Shown here one piece after another: positions 1-10,227 of a stretch of DNA of 64,000 nt. The DNA is from Amphiscolops sp. MND2022. Lineage: Eukaryota. The DNA is taken from assembly GCA_964187785.1 (NCBI GenBank), contig OZ076409.1, positions 48,982,001-49,046,000 on the forward strand, written 5' to 3'. A program made the position numbers and the translations under genes. Under the pieces are notes generated by a model. The model was not told the DNA's origin. It did no database searches and worked only from the letters and a program-made list of their open reading frames with translations. Every line of letters begins with the position of its first letter. Position 1 is the stretch's first letter.

Positions 1-1746
1 GAGATGTTTTAACGATGATTAGTATAAATAAGCAAGTCGTAAGGAAAGTAGTAGGAAATTAGCAAGGTGAATAGGAAAGTTCATCCAATTTTCATCGCAG
101 TTGCAGATGTACATGAGAAAGTAGTTAGCTTGCGATTTTGCAGTTTTCAGTGATGAAATAGAGATGTATTTTCTGGTGAAATTCGACGTTGAGTATCCTA
201 CTGGATGGTAGCTAATCACAATTCGGTCTGAGTAATGTTTAATGGCGGTCCAATTTACAGCAGTTCACGTGTCTTTTCAGGCTGGTAAGACGCTAAATCT
301 CTTACCAGCCACCTCTTATTGGCTATTGCCAGTTGGTGCTAATTGGTAAGTCACGTGACCGGTGTTGTGAACTGCCGCAAGTTGGCTGAACCACATGGTA
401 CATCTACATATGCTAATTATGATTAATCATCACTTTACAATGTCGCAATTACCTGCACGCAGCATCATAGTTTCTATAGCAACCCAAATCATTCAAAAAT
501 GTACTAATTTCAAGTCAAACCAGAGTAAACTGTATCACAGGATGAGAAAACGATGTTTTCCAACTAATTCTAGCACCAAAATCAATACTTCAAAACTAAA
601 GATGGAAATGCGATGAATTTGTCAGAATATTTGCTGATTTTCAAGTCTAGTTTAGCTCTGGATGAAAATGCGATGAATGGTGGTCTTTTCGCTCGAAAAT
701 CAACACTATATAAACTGACGATGATAAAAGGATGAACTCTCCATAAAATTTGCCAATTTCCAGCACTGATTAAAATGACGATAAATTCAGGATGAATCCA
801 CTCAGAAAATGCTATTTCTAGCGCATGATCAGTTTTAGCGATGAGTTTAGGATGAACTCGTGAATTAAAACAGCAACTATCGAAGCAATTCAAACTAGCG
901 ATGAGTTTAGGATGAACTCATCCACTAAAATGGTAATTTCTCAACACAAGGTGAAATCATGATGAATTAATGATGGATTTGCTAAACAAATCAGATAACC
1001 AGCGCAATCACTCTTTTTTAGGATGGGTTAAGGATGTACTTTCTCATTTCTCTTCTATGTTAGTATGACGATGAATAAAGGATGTCTTACTGTCCTTAAG
1101 AAATGAGAAGCACTTTTGTGAGTTTCTACATGAAATATAACGATGAATTAGTGATGGAGTTTAACTAAAATGAGTCCCGTAAAATCCGCTGATGGATTTA
1201 TGATGAAAAGTAAAGTTTATTGTCCCATGCGTGGTTCATTCGCAATCTCGGAGATGGGATTGCGATGAACTTTGTTAACAGCACCAGTAAATCCGCTGAT
1301 GGATTTAAATGAAATCAAATCAGAATCATCACTAAATTAGACGATGAATTTGTGATGTATCTTTGATGAAATTTGTCACAACTACAAACTCTGAGGCGGG
1401 GAGCTAGTAGAAGTTATAACTTTCATCGTTTCTATATCTCGCGGTCCAGTCTGACCGGAAAACTTCTCTCCCTTGTCGTGACAAACCAATATTTAAGAAA
1501 AGTAGCACATCTAAGGCTAATGGCAAGATCATTTATGCCGACACCGGAACTAGAGCGCTCAGTATTAAGTAGATATATATAACTCACACTCAAAGGGGGA
1601 AGGGATTAAGGTACAAGTAACGTAGGGTTGCTCACAACCATGGCTCTTCTTATATGACTTCATATTGCCCATATCTAAGTACATAAGACATAATATTTAC
1701 ATTACAGATATTTAGTAGATTATATTTCCATCATGCTGGCATGACA
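1..1746 (-). repeat. 3' LTR of element A (partial, ~420 bp lies outside the window)
   Basis: Near-identical to 16937..18683; identity ends at ...CATGACA (1746), which is the TGTCATG start on the minus strand. Confidence 0.95.
541..1357 (+). repeat. Degenerate ~60-bp periodic array of GATG-N7-GATG in LTR A (same array in the 5' LTR)
   Basis: Motif starts at 541, 601, 661, 720, 840, 900, 961, 1022, 1070, 1142, 1191, 1253, 1343. Confidence 0.9.
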
Positions 1747-2043
1747 CTCCCGGGGGTGGGATTTGGACTGAGAGTGCAGGGGCCAAATGTGCAGAGGATG
1801 GTTGTCTCGGCGTTGGCTTCGACTGTTTCCTTCGTTTTGTTGGGGAGAAAATGTCCTTCGTTGGTTCTGAATTGGCATGTCCTTCGTTTGTTCTGTCCTG
1901 TGAGAGCTTCTCTGAGAAGAGGACCTTCGGTAATCGTCATTTCTGGCATCATCCTGGGTGATTTCGGTTAAAAATTTTCGACGCGGCAACTCTATTTCTT
2001 GGCCCATCGAATGTCCGCTGATCTGCATTTTATTGGTCGTCAT
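1720..2043 (-). CDS. Short sense ORF (107 aa, R/S/Q-rich) crossing into the 3' LTR of element A; possible ORF3 remnant
   Basis: Same position as ORF3 of element B (ends inside U3); no recognisable domain or visible similarity to B ORF3. Confidence 0.25.
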   Translation of the reverse strand: MTTNKMQISGHSMGQEIELPRRKFLTEITQDDARNDDYRRSSSQRSSHRTEQTKDMPIQNQRRTFSPQQNEGNSRSQRRDNHPLHIWPLHSQSKSHPRECHASMMEI

Positions 2044-2199
2044 GCTTTTGACGGGAGCTCGGTTTGTTGATTATTTCGGTAGAAATCTCGATTTCCTGGA
2101 GAAAAGTTTTCCCCCAGGCCGCCTACGCTGAGTAAACATTCAAGGCATCTTCGTTGACAAGTTCGCAGTGCGTTGTCGCCGCCATTCGTCTAAATCCAA

Positions 2200-2720
2200 A
2201 TTCTCGGGATGAATGAACGATGAATTGTTTGCTCAGCGAGACATCGATGCTGGTTTAGCGGAACGGCTGGCGCCGCTGCTTTGTTTACTCGCGATGGAAA
2301 GGAGATGAATCGTCGCCATAGCAACTGTCAAAAGTTACTTCCGCTGCTCGACTTTGAGCGATGAGAAAGAGATGAATTCGTCGCCATAGCAATTGTTGCT
2401 CGATCTGATTGGCTGAGACTGAATTTATAACTGAAGGAAATTACAACCGATTGTCAGCAGCATTCTCATCCATAAATCATCCTCCATTCAAGTCGGTTTG
2501 AAAATCGCCACGATTTCCTTTGCGCGTTTCCGCTCAACTTCGTCGGTATTGATCTGAGACTGGCAGCTGTCAACAAATCAAATACTTGAAGCTTTTTGTC
2601 AAGTCCTAGGAGAGGACGATCCATTTTCAGAGAAAGCTTGAGTTGGTTGTACTGGGAAGAAAAGTGATGTCAGTATTTGAAATCGGAGAGTTTTTCATCG
2701 ATTTTTCATCTTCTGAATTC
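2200..2720. promoter_or_regulatory. Putative internal promoter of element A antisense gene (X-box-like x2, CCAAT, GATG-N7-GATG x5)
   Basis: GTCGCCATAGCAAC at 2312-2325, GTCGCCATAGCAAT at 2380-2393, CTGATTGGCT near 2405, upstream of the ATG at 2922. Confidence 0.4.
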
Positions 2721-2921
2721 AAGTATTTGATTAACATGGCATTCAAGCTGCGTCGCGCTCTTTGAAATCTCCTATTGAATTTGTTCTTCCGTAATCATGG
2801 TTGATCAGGCCATTTAATTACTGATCAAATTCTCTGTTCCTGGATTCTTCGATTTCTTTCCTTCTTTCACCTTCTTCCATTCTTTTCAGATTGTTGCTTG
2901 CAATTCTCGTTCACATCCAAA

Positions 2922-5900
2922 ATGTCAGAGATTCATTCAGTTCATTCATTACCTGAGACCGAGACCACAGAAAGTAAGTGCACTATATTTCCTTTTCTTC
3001 ACAAACGGGTTTGGGACAATCAATTACTTAGGACGCACACTTGCTTTAGCTGACTCAGTCCACTCTGTCGGCATCGTGTCGGAACTCACGACACTGCAAA
3101 CTGTGCCACCCCAAGAAGCTCCTGTTGTCCAGCCGGTAGCCGCTGAGCCGCAGATTGACCCTGAGTTGCAGGTCGGTCAACCTGTCAATGTCCCGTATCT
3201 GCCGCAGTGTAAGTACTATCCTTCCATTCTTCAGTTCAGTCTTCGAATCCCTCATATCTCATCCTTACTTCGTCCATTAGCTGACTCCTTTTCGTACGGT
3301 GTTTCAGACCACTACCCTTGGTATGCCTCTCTTGGCAGCATCACCTTCGGGTGGTATGACCGCCACATGCGGGACATGCTGCGGGACAGCATCCAGCAAT
3401 TCAGTGAGTTTGTCAATTTACTTTTCATTCCTCTAGGCGATCGTCCGAACACTCCGATGTGATTCCGATGTAAACATCTCATCTGCATGTAGTGTCCTTT
3501 GCGGTCGATTACCCATGTAATTCATTTTTAAGATGAATTTAGGATGTGTCATGAACATTCACAGCTCTTCATGACTGACTCGCTGTAAATCCCATTTTTG
3601 AAGATGAGTTTTGGATGAAATCTTCTCCGGTCTTCTTTCTTCGCGCGGCGTACGCGCTCTTTCTTCTCCAATCGTCGTCGTCCAATAATTGTTTTCTTCT
3701 TTCAGGCCCAACGCCTATCCATGCCCCGAGACCGCGTCCCATCACCTATTCTATCGGGATCGGGACCAGTGACTTCGATGATGGCAGCGTTGACGTCAGC
3801 ACACAAGGAGGGCCTCCCCAACTCAATTTCTCCTCGTTCCTCAATGAACTGTCGTTAACTGGAGCGAGTTCTCCTGTCAGGCAGGCGCCAGTGTCTGTTC
3901 TGTCCCCTGTCTTGAGACGGTCCTTAACTGTTGCCAGTCTTCCTTCTGCTCGCCTTACTGTTGATGCAGGAGTCAATGCCATCGTCACTCCTGTTGATGT
4001 GGCAGTCGATGCCGTCGTCGCTGCCTCTGATCAAGCAGTTCAGGCCGTCGTGGAAGTCAGTGAGTCTTCCACTTCTTATGATCCTCCTGCTGAAATTGCT
4101 CCAGTTGCCGAATTGTTAGAGACTGTTCTTTGCGAGTCACCAAGTGCCAATGTTCGTCGTTTTTCCTTCAGCTTTGAGTCATCCGTGGAGCCACCTGAAG
4201 ACTTCACTGTGGATGGATCGTTGGCTGATGAACCTTCCTCTGAGTTGGCTGTCCCGGCACTAGACTCTGCCCCTGAAGAGACGTCTCCGATTGGTCCCAG
4301 TCTCGTCGACTCTGACGACGAGTTGATTGCAACCAGGCTGCCAGGTTACCTAAGCAACTTTAAAACATGTGAAGTATCTGATCAGTACCTGCATTCATTC
4401 ATCTTCCTTTTTTCATTTTTGCTAGCAATTCAGATTTTTCGTCTTTTTCATCTATTTTCCATCGTTTTAGTTCTTTTCGCTGTTCAGTTTTGCATGTTAT
4501 GTTTTTTCATCATTTTTTCATCGTTAAAAGTTTTCAAACATGGCGTTTTTCTCTTTTGTCTTGCATTCTAGCTATTTTAGCCACTTTTCATCTCTTTTAC
4601 ATCCTTAAAATTTTCCTTTTCGTTTTAGCTATTTTTCAGTGTTTTCTTTTCAGTTTACATCCCTTTTTCATCGTTAAGTTGTTTTCGCTCTAAAATATCT
4701 CAATTTTGGTTCAAAGTCGTTCTATACATCTCTTTTTCATCGTTCGAGTTTTCGTCTTTAAAAGTTTCGATTTTCATTCTGGTGGTCTGCAAACACATCT
4801 CTTTTTCATCTTTTCGTTTTTTCTTCGTTTTTCGCTTATATTTCCCGATGAAAATATTATTTTACATCATTTTTTCATCACTCCGGGTGACTTTTGGAAG
4901 TTTGTCGTGGTATTTTCATTTTTCAGTTTTGAAAGGATGATTTTTGTAGATTTGTTTTCTTTTTATTTCAGGAAGGAAAGTTCTCAAGTCAGCGTGGTTC
5001 GACCATGCTTATTGTGGATTGGCGTTAGGTTTTCCAAAAGATCACCTGACGCGTGATTCGTACGCGCGGTGCCTACTTTGCAAGCAGGATGTAAAGATCG
5101 GTAGCCGCGGCATAACGACGTTTCTTGAGCACTGCCGCGGAATGAGGCATCATCGTCTGGATTGCTTGGTGCGATTGCGACGTGGGCTCGCACTGCGGAA
5201 ACGGGATGGGACGCTCATGTCCGAAGCTGAGTGCGATGTATGTACGACGACGTTAGCTGGCGAAGCAGTGCCGGTAGTTGAGTCATGTCCCAATGTGACC
5301 GTGATCGAGGCTCTACAGATTGAGGCGACTGGCAGATCGGTGTGGGGCGACATATGCGCATCGAGCGACAGTGCGCAGGTTGAAAGTGTGAAGCTGTTTG
5401 TGTGCCTTGTCGTGGATGCTATATATCGCGACTGTGACTTCTCGAGTGTGCGTCATCTCTGGGACCTGATGGTGTCTTCGAATTTCCAGCATGCTGTTTT
5501 GTTTGGTTCGGCGTGTCGAGAGGCTGATGTACTGGTTATTATATTTTCATGTGTTGTATGTCATATGATATGTTTCATGTTTTGCGTGCACTAGTAATCA
5601 ACAATTAGGGCGTTTTTTTCTTTTATTTTTTGTTATTCTGGGTTGGGGGTGTATCTGAAAATGAGCTAAATGTCTTTTAAATGATTCCGATTTTTATGTT
5701 TAGAGTGTGGTCCTTTTGGGGTTGTGGCCCTATGTCATGCGGCGAGTACTGAGTCTGTGGACTGAGACCGAGTTCACTAGTTTTGGTGTATCTATTGTGG
5801 CGGACAGGGTGGTGGGCACCGTGAGCGTGTGTACTGTGGAGGGACTCGCAAGTTATGTGGTTCTATCTTTCAATTACTCGCAAGAATGGGAACAGCGTGT

Positions 5901-7591
5901 GGTCTCCTGGATGGTCAACTTGCTCTGTTGTGCTGTGGGGCAGGTCTCTCCTATTGGTGTCAACTGCAGTTTGTTACCCAGGCTAGAGCGTGCGCTGTTG
6001 AGGGGCTCTGGACTAGGAGCTGTTTCACTCATTCCTCTGCGGATCAGCGACCTGAATAAAGTTCTTGTTGACGCGAGTGTGCGCGTTATGGGCGGTGTTG
6101 ATGTGCATACACTGCTTAATCATTTGCAGACAAGGCTGAAAGACTTCGTGCATGATGCCGTTCTACTATCTTGTCCGAAACTATTGCAGGTGAATATGTG
6201 TTCTATATCAGTGTTTCTAATTGCATGTTTGTTTGTTGGAGATCGTGTGCTTTTAAGTTGGGCGAGTGGTGGATCTTGGTAAATTGTTATTATCCAGCTC
6301 GATGTTTTTCTAGGCTGTGCTGGAGGGAGAGGTCACTCTGTGGGATGTTCCCGACGTACTGACAGAGCTCCATACGAATTGGTTGGACATCGTTGTGCTA
6401 CTGAGGGTACCTGGTAATTCTGGTGTGCCTGACACTTTGGACATTGTGCTGTGTGGTGACCCTAGTGTGTCTCTTCGTCTTCATGCTTTGTCGCTGGTGT
6501 TTCGTGCTCGTATGTACAGTTTAATGTTTAGTAATCTATTTTGTAGGGGGGGCTGTTATATACACTTATCTATGAAGTTTGGTTTGATTGTCGTCGTTTG
6601 TAGCGGGGGGGGGCTATTGTATACACTTCTCAATGAAATTTTGTTTGATTTTAGTCGTTACTACCTTTCGTTGGAGCTTCAGTGGCTGCGAACTGAGGAC
6701 TGCACATTGGTCGTATGAAAGTTCATGCTTCGTGCACACTATTTTGTCCTATGTCGTTGAAGAGTCAGATCTCCCTGCCGTGTTGGATGTACGAGCTTGT
6801 TTGTGCATTGACCTCAATGGGCTAGTGGTTTCGGATGCCAAGTTAAATTCTCTTCGTGAGGAGTTTGCTGCCCATCTGGACTGTTTCGAGCGCCCTGACG
6901 TGTTTGAAGGGAATGTCATTCTAGTGAAAGACTTTCTGTTGTTGGTCGTGGAGGAGTTCTTGAGTGTACGAGGAGTGAAAGAAGAGGTAACTTTCCATCT
7001 GAGCGTTTGCTGTCCGGCCCTGCTATTGTCTTGTGATCCTGATGTTTTGTCAGCGGAAGTTGCACAGTTTACTGAGTTGCTAATGGAGCTGAGACGAGTC
7101 ACCGCTGTGGAGAAAAGGCGGATGGATAGAAGTTTCCCTGTATTCTTGGATAACTATCGGCGGATTGCTACTGGAGTGACTTCAGATAGTGCGAGTTCTG
7201 CTGTCGAAATTCTCCGAGCGTGTGATGGTGTGTCTGCGCAGCGGTTGTTCAGGTTTCTAATGTGCTTGAACGAGAGTCCACTTTTGCCGCTGAGAACACC
7301 TTGTGGTAGTGTGGGCCATTTACGGAGTGACATCACGACCAGCGTGTGTTCGAGTGTTTTCGAGTTTTCTCAAGGCTCATCGTATACGGAGATACGAGAG
7401 TGTCAGTGGACCTTTCTTGGAGGAAATCGCTGAATCATTTGGACGATTTACGACGCTGTCTGATGTAACGAACGGACGACATGCTATGGGACGACGTCGG
7501 TGTGGTGGCTGCCGAGGATTATCGCCAATCCCTGTACGAACTGCTGGGATTTACTGAAGAAGGAGAACGTGCTCCGAGTCCGGAGATTTGA
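2922..7591 (+). CDS. Antisense spliced accessory gene of element A: ~1050-aa zinc-finger protein, putative hAT-transposase derivative
   Basis: Predicted exons 2922-2973, 3050-3208, 3281-3403, 3706-4344, 4972-5534, 5704-6189, 6314-6509, 6655-7591, all with GT..AG introns and matching phases. Acidic S/P-rich N-terminus, then CLLC-x16-H-x5-H. As sequenced the frame stops at 7433; two +1 shifts (~7362, ~7471) are needed to reach the homologous C-terminus at 7591. Confidence 0.82.
4449..4879 (-). repeat. ~69-bp periodic array of CATC-N7-CATC in intron 4 of the antisense gene
   Basis: Motif starts at 4449, 4508, 4589, 4658, 4727, 4796, 4865. Confidence 0.9.
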
Positions 7592-10227
7592 GAATTCTAG
7601 TCTGTTGAACTTTTGATTGTGGATTATTTTATTTTATTTTTTCGTTTACTTGAAGTAGTGCTTTATATTACATTATAGTATAGTTTTAGTGGGTGTCCAA
7701 GTCAATGTGCCACTGCAAGTGGTGGGGGGGTAACTGCTGCGTCGGAAAAATCGGTGGCAGGTTGTATTTACAGAAGAATTATTTGGCGCCCGAATATTTT
7801 TTCTCTTGAGATACTAGTGATTAATTGTGCAGGTAGCGGTCGGTTAGGTTTACGGTAATGGAGTTCTTTTGTAGGTCGTAGTACTCAGCGTCTCTATTTT
7901 CCTTTGTCGTCTTTTTCGCATCGCTTATGTGTTCTTTTCTAACGTTGTTCATCCTTTAGGACATCGCGTGTATGTGTAGATATTTCAGTAATGCTTCGAT
8001 TTTGATTTCTCATCGTATTTTCATCACGTTTTCCTCGGTCGGCCGAGCGACGTCGCGAAAAGTGATTTTTCATCTTTTTTACATCGTTTGTTATATGCGA
8101 TTCATTGCATGTTTGTTACATGTGATTTTTCTACATAGTTCATCGTTTTTTCATCTTGCCTTTGAATTTTTGCATTTTTGCTGGTTTTTTGGTGTAATTC
8201 ATCGTTTTTGCATCGCAAGTTTGACTTGGCAAGTTTTTTGCTCATTTTGCTGTATAGTTCATCTTCTTTTCATCGTGGTTTTGAAATGTATGAATTTTTG
8301 CGTGTTTTCGATGTTATTTGGCTATAACGTAATCGGGGGTTGCATTTTTCATGTCTGGGGGAAATTTTTTATTAATATTGCGGTGTTTCGAAGTATTTTC
8401 TTCATGTATCTTAGCGTTATACGGTTATAACCGTTTGTCGTGTTTTGAATTTGCATGAATTTTGTGGTACATGTGTTTTGATCATCGTCGTCATGTTTCG
8501 AATTTGTCAACTACGGAACGTCATTGCATGTATTTTTATTTCGAGTTCTTGTGACCGCCGCTTGCGTGGCAGTCGAAGATAATTTCACTCAGCAGTGGTA
8601 CTGATAGCCTGTAGGCGTGCAAGGTACTAGTGGCTTCAGTCCAGAGCTGGGTGAGTGGAGCTGCTCCGCTCCTTTCAGATGAATGGAATCTCGTAGTTTC
8701 GGGCTATATATAGTCTATATGTCATTTTTTCGGTTGGTTGTTTGCCATTATTCGTCGAAATGGGTTTGTCCATTTGACGGTCGGTCCGATCAATCAATGT
8801 GATTGACATCTACGGTTATGCATGTGTCCAGTTTTAGACTATCTGTTTCTTGTATTTGCATGTATGGATTGTTACATGATGTGTTCTTTTAAATGGGTTG
8901 CCCCATTATTGACATGTCGTTATATGTTCGGTGTTAGTTTCATGTTTTTTAATTTGATATTTTTATTTTCGTTCATTTGGACAGGGCTTTGTCGTCACAA
9001 AGCCCCTACAAAACTAACTGAGAATCCACTAGCCGCTGGATAACCAACGCAGCAAGCTTCATCCGAAATTGGTTGTGAGCTCCCCGCCTCAACTAACCAG
9101 CACTCTTTTCAGAGAAATGCCAGCCAGCACGAAGGAATGTTTTTGGCTTATCGATAGGGGTGTTTTGCTTGTTATGAACTGATGTTTGCTGGGGGGTGCT
9201 CACTCCTTTGTTAGTTTTGTAGGTGTTTCGTCAGTTCTTATATTTTGCATGTAAGTTAGTAGTCTTCATGTATTTTCGATTGTTTGTTTCCTTTTTATTC
9301 GTCTAGGTTTGGATGGCTTTGGTGTGAATTGCATATATTATCTCATTCATTATTAAACGGTACATGTATATTTCCGTGCGTTGCTCATTTGTATTGCATG
9401 TAGTTTGGAATTGTTAATTTCTTTCGTGACGTCATTGAATTGGCAGGTCTTTGAACTTTACATGTATTGATCATTTCATTTTTGTGTCGCATAATTCTGT
9501 TTGCATGATTCGAAATAAAGTCGGTTGTTTTTTATCGTTTCGTGGAGTTACATGTTGTTTGAGAATTAGCTGATTCATTGTGATGTTATGTTGATGGTGT
9601 TTCCCATCACAAGGAGGTTTTGGTAAGTCATTTAATATTTTCGAATTTCCATTTAGACTAAATTCATCGTTTTGACATCCCCCAGCGAAGCTAGAGTATT
9701 GTGTCAGGTTAACGATAAATTCGGTCACGATGTGATGGTAGTGTCCATCACAAATTCATCTCGTTAATTGATTTCATGTAATTTATGAATAATTGGATCG
9801 AGTTCATCGCTATTTCATCCTCTAGCCGAGCTAGAGTCTTATGATAGCATGAACGTGAGTGCGTTCGCATTCTGATGGTATTTTCCATCTCAAATGCATC
9901 GCTAGTAAATATTGCATGTTGATTGGTCGAATTTTTGACTGAGTTCATCACTTTTTTGTCTCTCGTGTGTCTGAGGTAAATTTTCATGTGATTTCATCCT
10001 TTTTTCATCTCGAATTTTTATGTTCTGTTTTTTTCTGGTTTTTGGTCGTTTTTCATCCGTTTTACATCGTGTTTTGTTTGTATGCGTTTTTCATGTGATT
10101 TTTAGTAACTTTTCATCCATTTTACATCTTCATGTTCATTTTAAATTGAAATTGCATGTAATTGACTGGTTTTTGTGACTTTTTCATCCTTAACACATCG
10201 TGTGTTTGGAAATGTGGTTTTTCGTGG

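Noticed and set aside
19..1582. Small ORFs within LTR A and their duplicates at 16955..18553
   Set aside because: No recognisable domains; duplicated only because they lie in the LTR.
4490..5056. Phe-rich membrane-protein-like ORFs (also 7972..8430)
   Set aside because: Translations of T-rich intron or spacer DNA carrying the CATC-N7-CATC arrays.
2922..7591. Accessory region as env or as an independently nested DNA transposon
   Set aside because: Antisense, spliced and zinc-finger bearing; the hydrophobic ORF tails are intron read-through; no TIR/TSD; same position and orientation in two diverged elements.
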